A stretch of 52,945 nucleotides of DNA from Candidatus Yanofskybacteria bacterium (lineage in GTDB: Bacteria > Patescibacteriota > Minisyncoccia > 2-02-FULL-40-12 > IGHO2-01-FULL-4-A): positions 73,718 to 126,662 of the forward strand of contig JACOZV010000004.1 of NCBI GenBank assembly GCA_016181175.1, in the 5' to 3' direction. Both the position numbers and the translations under genes were made by a program. Each line of letters opens with the position of its first letter. Positions within the stretch are counted from its first letter, which is position 1. The notes beneath the pieces are model-generated. The model searched no databases. It was not told the DNA's origin and was given only the letters and a program-made list of their open reading frames with translations. This document shows positions 1 through 8,352 of the stretch, piece after piece.

Positions 1-827
1 TCTTCTGGCAATGGTTCGCGACCCAAGTCCTGCACTAAACGCCTCACCACCTGCTGGTACTTGTTAATGGTCTCAATCATATGCACCGGAATACGGATAG
101 TGCGAGCCTGATCGGCCAATGCACGGGTAATCGCCTGCCTTATCCACCAAGTTGCATAAGTAGAAAACTTGTAACCACGTTTATAATCAAACTTCTCCAC
201 TGCACGCGACAAGCCTATATTCCCCTCTTGGATCAAATCAAGCATTGTCAAATTGGCAGAACGGCCGACATATTTTTTGGCAATGGAAACCACGAGACGT
301 AAATTGGAAAGCATTAATTTCTGGCGTGCCGATTCGTCTCCTTTTTCAATTTTCTTTGCCAATTCTGCCTCTTCTTCACCGCGCAAAAGCGGATACTGGC
401 CAATCTCGCGCAAATACATCTGAACCGAATCCGAGCCGGCTTCTATCTGCTCTTCTTCAAGCTTTTTTTTATCTTCTTGTTCTTTGGTACGTTCCTCGGC
501 AAAAACCTTGCCAGTATCCATCACATTGATATTGGCCGCTTCCAACCGCTCATAAAGCCGCTCCAAACCTTCAATATCTTTTTCAACGTTAGGAAAAGCG
601 TTGAGAATTTCGGCTTCGGTAATAAATCCCCTATGTCTGCCCTTCTCTATCAGCCGCAAAACGACATCCTCGCTTATGACAGCCTTGGCAACTCTTGTTA
701 TTTTCTTTTCTTGCTTTTTCCTTGGCCTGCTTCGGTTTTTATTTTTTTTGCGCAACTTTAACACCACTTTCTTTTTGGTGGTTTTCTTTTTATTTATTTT
801 TTTTAATTTTTTAGATTTTTTTGGCAT
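1..827 (-). CDS. rpoD: RNA polymerase sigma-70 factor RpoD, N-terminal part (3' end runs off the left window edge)
   Basis: Own translation of the minus strand from ATG at 827: [10 protein letters not shown]...[81 protein letters not shown]. This is sigma-70 region 2. It is absent from the ORF track because there is no in-window stop. It lies directly downstream of dnaG, the classic dnaG-rpoD order. Confidence 0.9.
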   Translation of the reverse strand, partial: MPKKSKKLKKINKKKTTKKKVVLKLRKKNKNRSRPRKKQEKKITRVAKAVISEDVVLRLIEKGRHRGFITEAEILNAFPNVEKDIEGLERLYERLEAANINVMDTGKVFAEERTKEQEDKKKLEEEQIEAGSDSVQMYLREIGQYPLLRGEEEAELAKKIEKGDESARQKLMLSNLRLVVSIAKKYVGRSANLTMLDLIQEGNIGLSRAVEKFDYKRGYKFSTYATWWIRQAITRALADQARTIRIPVHMIETINKYQQVVRRLVQDLGREPLPE

Positions 828-845
828 AGTTCACTGACTTTAATT

Positions 846-2648
846 TTATAGCTGCTTAGAAACCCTGGAAAACTCGGACACAAGCGCAACAAGTTTTGCT
901 TTTTCACCGCTCTTCTCGGCTGATTTTATATCATATTCCAGTTCAGCCAGCCGCGCGGTTATCTTGCGTTTTTTTATCTGACCGACTAATTTCTCAAATT
1001 CTTCACCCAGCTCTTGATCTTTAAAATCCTTCCACATTTCCTGTGATTTAAGATACGCAAATTCCAAATTCATGGGACTAATCGCCACAGTCGCCTCACC
1101 ACCTTCAAATCCAACTGCGTGAGTCAACTGCGCGATAACCGGGTCACTTTGTTCCAAATTAATTTTTTGTGTCAAATCTTTAAACTGCGGGGAAAGAAAC
1201 TCCTCGTTTTCTTTGCTGATTTTTTGAACTAGTTCGGGTTTTTTAATTATTAGTGAAAGCAAAACTTCCTCCTGAAAATCCAAATTGCCGGCCAATGATT
1301 TATTACTGGCATCTGTCGTCACTGCCGACTCTGGCAGGTCTTCTACAATCCTGGGTTTAACCGCGGTTAACTCTTGATACAAAACATCTTCTTTTGTCTT
1401 GAGTGCCAAAGCAATTTCACTTACCCAATGAGCTTGTTCTATTTTATTCGCCATTGAAGCAAGAAACGGCATAAGTTTCTGACTGAAGAGCTTTTTGCCC
1501 AATGCAGTGGCAAGGTCAAAAGAACTTTTGGCTGTTTCAAAATAAAAATCCATAAACGGTTTGGATTTTTGTGCGTATTCGGACCATTTTTCGCCGTACT
1601 TTTTAACGTAATCGGCGGGGTCCTTGAGATCAGACTCGCATATGGTAATTATACCAACATTAAATCCTTTGGCAAGAGCCAAATCCACACCCCGATCGGT
1701 TGCCATGGTACCGGCGTTATCGGCATCAAAACAAAGATCAAGATTATCAGTATATCTCTTGATTGTCTTGAAGTGACCATCAGTCAAGGCAGTACCGGAA
1801 GAAGCCACTACATGCTTAGCGCCGGCTTGATGCGACATGATAACATCCATGTTGCCTTCTACCACAAGACATCTGTCAGCGCGCCTAATATCTAGTTTTG
1901 CCCGATCAAGTCCGTAGAGTATGCGGCTTTTGTCGTAAATCGGTGTCTGCGGTGAATTAACATATTTTCCGACATTTTCCTGTTCTGCAAGCTCACCAAA
2001 AACCCTACCAGTGAATCCCGCAACTTGGCTATTTATATCAAAAATTGGAAACATAATCCGTGAACGGAATCTATCAAAGTAACCACCGGCGTCTTTCTTA
2101 ACAATCAAACCAGCATTAAAGATTTCGCCATTATCATAACTTCGCCCAAGGAATTCATAAAGCGCACTCCACGATTCCGGCGCGTAACCAAGATGAAATT
2201 CTTTAATCGATTCCTCGGTTAATCCCCTCTCGCACAAATAAGCAAGCGCCTGCCTCCCGACATATGACTCATGCAGCTGCTTCTCAAAAAACCTCATCGC
2301 AAGTTCGCACACTTCGTACAGTTTGGTCTTGGCGCTCTGATATTCTTCATATTCTGGGCTTTGGCGCTCAAGTTTAACCCCGGCACGGGCCGCCAGTATA
2401 CGCAAAGCTTCCGGAAATTCAACACCTTCAATCTGTTTAACAAAGCCGAATGCGTCACCTCCCAAATTGCATCCAAAACAGTGCCAAATCTGCCGTTCCG
2501 GCGAAACAAAAAACGAGCCGGATTTCTCGTTGTGAAACGGACAGCGCGCCTTGTAGTTAATCCCCGATTTCTGCAGTTTCAAATAACCAGAAATCAGGTC
2601 AACTATGTCAACCTTCTCTTTTATTTGGTCAATTACACTACCAGCCAT
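846..2648 (-). CDS. dnaG: DNA primase DnaG
   Basis: 600-aa ORF. N-terminal CHC2 zinc finger (CPFHNEKSGSFFVSPERQIWHCFGC), a TOPRIM region (VVEGNMDV...DADNAG) and a C-terminal helical domain. Confidence 0.93.
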   Translation of the reverse strand: MAGSVIDQIKEKVDIVDLISGYLKLQKSGINYKARCPFHNEKSGSFFVSPERQIWHCFGCNLGGDAFGFVKQIEGVEFPEALRILAARAGVKLERQSPEYEEYQSAKTKLYEVCELAMRFFEKQLHESYVGRQALAYLCERGLTEESIKEFHLGYAPESWSALYEFLGRSYDNGEIFNAGLIVKKDAGGYFDRFRSRIMFPIFDINSQVAGFTGRVFGELAEQENVGKYVNSPQTPIYDKSRILYGLDRAKLDIRRADRCLVVEGNMDVIMSHQAGAKHVVASSGTALTDGHFKTIKRYTDNLDLCFDADNAGTMATDRGVDLALAKGFNVGIITICESDLKDPADYVKKYGEKWSEYAQKSKPFMDFYFETAKSSFDLATALGKKLFSQKLMPFLASMANKIEQAHWVSEIALALKTKEDVLYQELTAVKPRIVEDLPESAVTTDASNKSLAGNLDFQEEVLLSLIIKKPELVQKISKENEEFLSPQFKDLTQKINLEQSDPVIAQLTHAVGFEGGEATVAISPMNLEFAYLKSQEMWKDFKDQELGEEFEKLVGQIKKRKITARLAELEYDIKSAEKSGEKAKLVALVSEFSRVSKQL

Positions 2649-2756
2649 TATTACCTATTATAATCACATATTTAAAATAAAAACAAAGACAATTTATTAA
2701 AAGTTTTTATACCAATGGATTTTGATGGTCAAAAAGTTATCCACAGGCAGTAGTTG

Positions 2757-2785
2757 TTGACAAATTTTCGGGGCTGGAATAGTAT
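2757..2785 (+). promoter_or_regulatory. Candidate sigma-70 promoter of nrtR (TTGACA-17 nt-TAGTAT)
   Basis: TTGACA at 2757-2762, 17-nt spacer, TAGTAT at 2780-2785, about 20 nt upstream of the nrtR ATG. Confidence 0.35.
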
Positions 2786-2805
2786 GTGTATATTATACGC
2801 TAACT

Positions 2806-3486
2806 ATGGAAAAACGGCCCAAAAACTTAAGATTTGCAGTGCTGGCTGCCGATACCGCTATTTTTAAATTTACAAACGGGAGGTTACTGGTACGCCTTAT
2901 CAAAGTTAATCGCCCTCCCCATTTTACAAACCACTGGGGCCTACCCGGCGGCTTAATACTTCCAAAAGAAACCGCAGACGAAGCAGCACGCAGACACTCT
3001 CGTGAAAAAGGCGCTATAAAGCAAATGTATCTTGAGCAACTTTATACTTTTAGCGGCATAAATAGAGACCCTCGCGGCAGAGTTGTTGCTGTAGCATATC
3101 TGGCCATTGACAAAAAAAATGATATTAACTATAACTTAGGAACTACTCCCGAAAATAGTCCGTGCTGGTTTTCAATAAAAAAACTGCCCCGTCTAGCCTA
3201 CGACCACAAAAAAATAATCCAAGTCGCACTTGAAAGGCTGCGTGCAAAACTTTCCTATACTAATATAGCTTTCGCGCTGTTGCCAAACGAATTTACTTTC
3301 GGAGAATTGCGGAATCTCTACGAAATAATTTTAGGACGCCGGTTTGACAGGCGTAATTTCAGAAAAAAGTTTCTTTCGCTTGATTTAATAAGACCCACTG
3401 AAAAAGAAAGGCTCGGCGCGGCGAATAGACCTGCCGCGTTATACCGTTTCCGCAAACAATCATTAACCGTTGCTAATATAATTTGA
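2806..3486 (+). CDS. nrtR: Nudix-related transcriptional regulator of NAD metabolism (NrtR family)
   Basis: 226 aa. N-terminal degenerate Nudix fold (WGLPGG...ETADEAARRHSREKGAI) plus a C-terminal winged-helix-like domain (FTFGELRNLYEIILGRRFDRRNFRKKF). It sits directly upstream of nadM-nadV, the known NrtR regulon context. Confidence 0.7.
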   Translation: MEKRPKNLRFAVLAADTAIFKFTNGRLLVRLIKVNRPPHFTNHWGLPGGLILPKETADEAARRHSREKGAIKQMYLEQLYTFSGINRDPRGRVVAVAYLAIDKKNDINYNLGTTPENSPCWFSIKKLPRLAYDHKKIIQVALERLRAKLSYTNIAFALLPNEFTFGELRNLYEIILGRRFDRRNFRKKFLSLDLIRPTEKERLGAANRPAALYRFRKQSLTVANII

Positions 3487-3503
3487 AATAGGAATTAACA
3501 GCT

Positions 3504-3545
3504 GGGGTCGGGACATGGACGACTTGTTGTCTATATCCCGGCTCC
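3504..3545 (+). promoter_or_regulatory. Long imperfect palindrome / RNA hairpin between nrtR and nadM (operator or intercistronic hairpin)
   Basis: GGGGTCGGGACATGGACGA-CTTG-TTGTCTATATCCCGGCTCC. About 19 pairs with one mismatch if G.T pairs are allowed. The four G.T pairs exist only on the + strand. Confidence 0.4.
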
Positions 3546-3598
3546 GGAATTGAAGCCGAGTGTTATTTAAAAATTTATAAAAAATTAAGGGAGGATAT

Positions 3599-4510
3599 GT
3601 GAACAAAGTCGGCGTAGTAGTAGGAAGATTCCAGGTAGATTCCCCCCATGAGGGACACCGCATGCTTCTTGAAGAAGTACACAAAAAACACGGAAAAGTT
3701 TTAATCTGCCTTGGCTGCTCCCCTGTACGGCTTTCACCAGATGATCCGCTGGATTACCCGACAAGGGCCAGAATGATGCAAACAGCTTTTCCTTGGGCCA
3801 CCATTGTCCCTCTTGAAGATTACGACTCAGATGAAAAGTGGTCTCAAAATCTAGATACTGTCATTGCCAAAACATTTCCGACCGATAGCGCAATATTATA
3901 CGGCTCCCGTGAAAGCTTTATACCAAGATATTCTGGAAAATGGCCAACCAAGGAAATAGAGACGATTACCGTTCCGTCCGGAACGGATCTACGTAGAAAA
4001 ATAGCCCAAAGTGTCCGGGATTCCAGGGATTTCCGCGCGGGGGTTATTTACGCCTGCGCTAATCGTTTCCCAATTTCCTATCAAACTGTGGACATAGGGA
4101 TAATACAAAAATCTACCGACGGCAAACCAGAAAAAGTCCTTCTGTGCAGAAAAAGTGGCGAAGACGGATTACGGTTTATCGGCGGGTTCATGGAACCAGG
4201 AGATGATAATTTGGAAACCAGAGCAAAGCGCGAGGTTTTTGAAGAAGCAAATATTGAAATCAGGGAATTGGAACCGATTGGCTCAATGCCAGTAGACGAC
4301 TGGCGTTATCGTGGACGAAATGACGGTATAATGACCTTTCTCTTTGCCGCGACATACATCTTCGGAAGTCCGCAAGCCGGCGATGACGTGGAAGAAGTTC
4401 GCTGGGTTAGGCTTGAATCTTTACCGAGATGCCTGACCAAAGAACACCAGCCGCTTGGCATTCGTTTTCTTGAACATATTAAAGAACAAAACGAAAGGAG
4501 GAAATCATGA
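3599..4510 (+). CDS. nadM: Bifunctional NMN adenylyltransferase / ADP-ribose pyrophosphatase (NadM-Nudix)
   Basis: GTG start 4 nt after AAGGGAGGA. N-terminal GRFQ..PHEGH nucleotidyltransferase motif. C-terminal Nudix box GGFMEPGDDNLETRAKREVFEEANIE. The stop overlaps the nadV start (ATGA). Confidence 0.8.
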   Translation: MNKVGVVVGRFQVDSPHEGHRMLLEEVHKKHGKVLICLGCSPVRLSPDDPLDYPTRARMMQTAFPWATIVPLEDYDSDEKWSQNLDTVIAKTFPTDSAILYGSRESFIPRYSGKWPTKEIETITVPSGTDLRRKIAQSVRDSRDFRAGVIYACANRFPISYQTVDIGIIQKSTDGKPEKVLLCRKSGEDGLRFIGGFMEPGDDNLETRAKREVFEEANIEIRELEPIGSMPVDDWRYRGRNDGIMTFLFAATYIFGSPQAGDDVEEVRWVRLESLPRCLTKEHQPLGIRFLEHIKEQNERRKS

Positions 4511-5931
4511 CGAACAAAACAATTACAAACCGAACAAGCAACGAACACAATATTATTAAATTGACCGACAGTTACAAGGTAACCCACTTTAGACAATACC
4601 CGCCGAACACCACGCATGTTTATTCTTATTTTGAGAGCAGAGGTGGACGCTGGCCGGAAGTTACTTTTTTTGGTCTACAATACATCCTGAAGCATTATTT
4701 TGCCGGCGTTCAGGTAACTTACGAAAAAATAGCAGAAGCCGACGAATACTTCAAAAAACATTTTGGCAACAACGCAATTTTCAACGAAGCCGGTTGGAAA
4801 CACATCGTAAACGAACATGGCGGACGCCTGCCCATCTCCATCAAAGCCATACCTGAAGGCACGACTGTCCCTGTTTCTAATGTTCTTATGACATTTGAAA
4901 ATACTGATCCAAAATGCTGGTGGCTCCCCAATTATCTTGAAACATTGGCGGTACAGGTTTGGTATCCGACCACGGTTTGCACCAATAGTCGGATGTCACG
5001 AAAACTTATACTTAGACACTTGGAAGAAACCGGCGATCCAAACTTGGTTGATTTTAAACTTCACGATTTCGGTTTCCGCGGCAGCACATCGGTGGAATCA
5101 GCTGGAATTGGCGGAGCAGCACATTTGGTCAGTTTTAAGGGGACCGACACTCTGGCCGCGATTGATATTGCCAGCAATTACTATCATGAAGACATGGCCG
5201 GATTTTCAATTCCAGCGGCAGAACACAGCACGATAACCGCCTGGGGCAAAGAATACGAAAGCTATGCCTATGAAAACATGCTAAAACAATTCTCTACCGG
5301 TCTTGTGGCAGTGGTAAGCGACAGTTACGACGTCTTTAACGCCTGCATGAATATCTGGGGAAAAAAGTTACGCGCCAAAGTGATGGGAAGAGACGGCACT
5401 CTGGTTATTCGCCCCGACAGCGGACATCCTCCAGAAATAGTTGTGCAGGTTTTGGACATCCTAGGCGAGGCTTTCGGATGCACTGTAAATAAAAGGGGGT
5501 ATCGTGTTCTTGATCCGCATGTGCGAGTCATCCAGGGAGACGGCATAGACCACGACATGATCGGTTCGGTTCTGGAAGCAATGAAAAATGCCAACTGGTC
5601 TGCGGACAATATCGCTTTTGGTTCTGGCGGTGGATTACTACAAAAAGTGAACCGTGATTCACAAAAATTCGCCTTCAAATGTAGTGCGATACGCGTTGAA
5701 ACATCTTGCGTAGGCGCAAGATGGCTTAATGTTTCAAAAGATCCGGTTACAGATCACCAGAAAAAGTCCAAAGCCGGACGTTTGTCCCTCGTACGAGACA
5801 TGGACGGCTCATTTAAAACTGTACAAGCCAGTGACAATGTTCTGCCAGATGAGCTAAAGGAAGTGTTCCGCGACGGTTCACTCCTAGTTGATGAAACCTT
5901 CAGCCAAATTCGCGAGAGAGCAAAAACATAA
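4507..5931 (+). CDS. nadV: Nicotinamide phosphoribosyltransferase (NAMPT/NadV)
   Basis: 474 aa with typical NAMPT strings: LTDSYKVTHFRQYP, FGFRGSTS, RPDSGHP, VIQGDGI. Confidence 0.9.
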   Translation: MTNKTITNRTSNEHNIIKLTDSYKVTHFRQYPPNTTHVYSYFESRGGRWPEVTFFGLQYILKHYFAGVQVTYEKIAEADEYFKKHFGNNAIFNEAGWKHIVNEHGGRLPISIKAIPEGTTVPVSNVLMTFENTDPKCWWLPNYLETLAVQVWYPTTVCTNSRMSRKLILRHLEETGDPNLVDFKLHDFGFRGSTSVESAGIGGAAHLVSFKGTDTLAAIDIASNYYHEDMAGFSIPAAEHSTITAWGKEYESYAYENMLKQFSTGLVAVVSDSYDVFNACMNIWGKKLRAKVMGRDGTLVIRPDSGHPPEIVVQVLDILGEAFGCTVNKRGYRVLDPHVRVIQGDGIDHDMIGSVLEAMKNANWSADNIAFGSGGGLLQKVNRDSQKFAFKCSAIRVETSCVGARWLNVSKDPVTDHQKKSKAGRLSLVRDMDGSFKTVQASDNVLPDELKEVFRDGSLLVDETFSQIRERAKT

Positions 5932-5951
5932 CAAAAACGTAACGAGAACTT

Positions 5952-5975
5952 GCTGCCACAAATGGCAGCTTTTTA
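5952..5975 (+). terminator. Intrinsic terminator after nadV
   Basis: GCTGCCA-caaa-TGGCAGC followed by TTTTT. Confidence 0.55.
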
Positions 5976-5999
5976 TTGCAAAAAAAAGGTGAGTTCCTC

Positions 6000-6027
6000 T
6001 TGCATTTTTAAAAAATGATGTTATTAT
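6000..6027 (+). promoter_or_regulatory. Candidate promoter of the acyl-CoA dehydrogenase gene (TTGCAT-16-TATTAT)
   Basis: TTGCAT at 6000-6005 and TATTAT at 6022-6027, upstream of the GGGGGGAG Shine-Dalgarno (SD) sequence and ATG 6065. Confidence 0.35.
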
Positions 6028-6064
6028 AAGCCTGCTGCAGTTTTTTAACAATTTGGGGGGGAGT

Positions 6065-7228
6065 ATGAACAAAGTGTTGCAAAGAAGCATATACCGCGAA
6101 GACTTGCTCCACATCGCAAATGAGGTCAGGGAATTCTCTCTTCAAGAAGTCCAGCCACATATTAATTTAAAAAATGAGTCGGAAAAGAAAAAAATTTTCA
6201 TGGAAAATATAGTCGCCGCAATGGCAAAATGCGGATATCTCGGCGCCCTAATACCAGAAGATTACGGTGGCATGGGCTATACGCTTACGGAATTCCTGCC
6301 GGTTATTGAGGGAATAGCGGCATTTTCAGGATCATTGGCACTGACCCTTGCCGGCCACAATCTTGCCGTTTCACACATTTTGCAAGCCGGCAGTGAAGAA
6401 CAAAAGCAAAAATATCTGCCTCGGCTTGCATCCGGAGAATTGGGCGCTTGGTGTTTAACAGAGCCCGGAGCAGGCTCTAACGCTTTTGGGGGAATGAAAT
6501 CAATGCTGGAACAAACAGAAGCAGAACTTTGGAAACTTGATGCCTTAAAAACTTTTATCACCAACGGCTGCCATGCGGGCATTTACGTCGTAACGGCGCG
6601 CGGCAAAAATAACAGCAACCAGCTTGGTATTTCTGCTTGTATTGTTGAAAAAGAAAAACATTGCCAAAACATTAAGGCACGGCCTCTTGGTAAAAAAATG
6701 GGGATGAATGAAAGCGATACGGCCGAAATTATTTTTGACGGCCTGAATGTTGAAATAAAAGATTTGCTTGGTTACCCCGGCCAAGCTCAAGAATCAATCA
6801 AAGCGGTACTTCGGCGAGGGCGTCTTGCAATAGCGGGATTTGCCCTTGGATTGGCAAGAGACTCGCTAGAACGCGCTATTGCATATACACCCATAAGAAT
6901 GGTTTCTGGTGGTAGCCTATTCAATAAGCAGTTGACGCAAGCAAAACTTGCAAAGATGGATTGCCAGCTATGGATCGCTTGGCAGGCAACACTGGCAGCT
7001 GCCCGACTGGCTGACGAAAATCTTCCTTTTGAAAATGAGGCCAGCAAAGCTAAATTAACAGCTAGTGAGATTGCTATTGACGTTTGTCATGAAGCAATAC
7101 AGCTTGTGGGTGGAACTGGTTATATGGAAGAAAGCAAGGTAGAAGGCAACTTCCGCGATGCACGGCTCTTGACCATAGGCGAAGGCACTTCCGAGATCTT
7201 ATTGCTATCCATCGCAAAAAAGTTATAA
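6065..7228 (+). CDS. Acyl-CoA dehydrogenase family protein
   Basis: ACAD hallmarks: LTEPGAGSN, FITNG, and a C-terminal GG.GY...R..RDARLLTIGEGTSEI. The ATG at 6065 is preferred over the track TTG at 6053 because it follows GGGGGGAG. Confidence 0.85.
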   Translation: MNKVLQRSIYREDLLHIANEVREFSLQEVQPHINLKNESEKKKIFMENIVAAMAKCGYLGALIPEDYGGMGYTLTEFLPVIEGIAAFSGSLALTLAGHNLAVSHILQAGSEEQKQKYLPRLASGELGAWCLTEPGAGSNAFGGMKSMLEQTEAELWKLDALKTFITNGCHAGIYVVTARGKNNSNQLGISACIVEKEKHCQNIKARPLGKKMGMNESDTAEIIFDGLNVEIKDLLGYPGQAQESIKAVLRRGRLAIAGFALGLARDSLERAIAYTPIRMVSGGSLFNKQLTQAKLAKMDCQLWIAWQATLAAARLADENLPFENEASKAKLTASEIAIDVCHEAIQLVGGTGYMEESKVEGNFRDARLLTIGEGTSEILLLSIAKKL

Positions 7229-7250
7229 TTTTTATTCGGTATTTTTTACA

Positions 7251-7276
7251 AATCTCTCAACGTGAGAGATTTTTTA
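7251..7276 (+). terminator. Intrinsic terminator after the ACAD gene
   Basis: AATCTCTC-aacgt-GAGAGATT followed by TTTTT. Confidence 0.55.
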
Positions 7277-7352
7277 TAACGATAAATACATATTGACAAA
7301 CGATAAGCAAATAAATTAAGATGAAAATATAAAAAATTTATAAGAACCACAC

Positions 7353-7799
7353 ATGAAAAGAAGCTCGACAATATTTCTTCAGGTAGTCATTGTGCTCATT
7401 GGCATCGTGGCGCTGGCCATCATGATCAGGTTTCCATTGACCGAGGGGAGAGCCGCAAACTTAGACCTGTTTAGTATTTAATCTATCGCATTTTTTGTTG
7501 CCCTATATCAAGCGTTCAAATTGCTCGGATATATCGGGCAAAATAAAGTATTCTCACTAGACTCTGTAAAGGCTTTAAGGACTATAAAGTATTGCGCAAT
7601 CGTATTGAGTATCTTAATTGTGATGTCAGCACTATACATAAGGATATTTCATGCTGAAGGTGACGATCCAGCGGGTTTTATTGCCGTGTCTATTGTGACT
7701 ACTTTTATTTCTATCGTAATCGCCACCGCCGTGGCCGTGTTTGAAAAAACTTTACAAAGTGCCATCGATATAAAGTCCGAGAACGATTTAACCATTTAA
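7353..7799 (+). pseudogene. DUF2975-like small membrane protein interrupted by an in-frame TAA (7479-7481)
   Basis: ATG 7353 gives MKRSSTIFLQVVIVLIGIVALAIMIRFPLTEGRAANLDLFSI. A TAA follows, and then the same frame continues SIAFFVALYQAFKLLGYIGQNKVF... into track ORF 7521..7799. The combined 149 codons, with 4 predicted TM segments, match the usual partner of the downstream YozG-type HTH. Confidence 0.55.
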
Positions 7800-7803
7800 G
7801 GCT

Positions 7804-8007
7804 ATGGCAATCATCATTAACATTGACGTCATGTTAGCAAAACGGAAGATGAGTGTCACCGAGCTTGCCGAGAAAGTTGGCATCACAATGGCCAATATTT
7901 CCGTCTTGAAAAATGGCAAGGCAAAAGCTGTTAGATTGGGAACTTTAGAAGCAATCTGCCGGGCATTGGAATGTCAACCTGGAGATATTTTGGAATATAA
8001 AAATTAA
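7804..8007 (+). CDS. Small XRE/Cro-type HTH transcriptional regulator (YozG-like)
   Basis: 67 aa: DVMLAKRKMSVTELAEKVGITMANISVLKNGKAKAVRLGTLEAICRALECQPGDILEY. This is the canonical YozG-like sequence and sits immediately after the DUF2975 gene. Confidence 0.85.
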   Translation: MAIIINIDVMLAKRKMSVTELAEKVGITMANISVLKNGKAKAVRLGTLEAICRALECQPGDILEYKN

Positions 8008-8067
8008 GAACGAGCGCGTCGAGCTCAAAAAGTTTTGTGGATTGCTTCGATTCAAACTCGGTAATCT

Positions 8068-8086
8068 GGCGGAAGGGGTGGGATTC
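8068..8086 (-). repeat. 19-bp duplicate of the 3' end of tRNA-Ser (att-like direct repeat)
   Basis: GGCGGAAGGGGTGGGATTC at 8068-8086 is identical to 8250-8268, which is the acceptor 3' strand plus part of the T-arm of the tRNA-Ser gene. Confidence 0.7.
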
Positions 8087-8251
8087 CTGTTCCTTTGAAA
8101 TTTTAGGTAACAAGTTACATCTAAAATTTCTCACCCACAGCCTGGGTTTTCAAAAATATAAAGCAGTTTATATTTTTGAAATACCCTTCGAATCCCACAA
8201 CATCATTATGCCAATTATTGACATAGCATCGTATGTCAATAATTGTCAAGG

Positions 8252-8336
8252 CGGAAGGGGTGGGATTCGAACCCACGGGACCCGTTAAGGTCACGGCTTT
8301 CCAAGCCGTTCCGTTAGACCGCTCCGGCACCCTTCC
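8252..8336 (-). tRNA. tRNA-Ser (anticodon GGA)
   Basis: Reverse complement: GGAAGGGTGCCGGAGCGGTCTAACGGAACGGCTTGGAAAGCCGTGACCTTAACGGGTCCCGTGGGTTCGAATCCCACCCCTTCCG. 7-bp acceptor stem, anticodon loop TTGGAAA, long variable arm, GTTCGAATC T-loop. No complete CCA is encoded. Confidence 0.9.
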
Positions 8337-8352
8337 ATAAATTTTAGTTATA

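Noticed and set aside
7479-7481. In-frame TAA as evidence for an alternative genetic code (stop-codon reassignment).
   Set aside because: TAA, TAG and TGA all terminate well-conserved genes in this window at the expected lengths (for example TAA for lemA and rpsT, TGA for nrtR and nadM, TAG for ftsW). A single internal stop is better explained by a mutation or an error.
8037-8330. Track ORFs 8037..8288 (+) and 8121..8330 (-).
   Set aside because: They overlap the tRNA-Ser gene and the att-like scar. Part of each is antisense or sense tRNA translation, and no coding signal is present.
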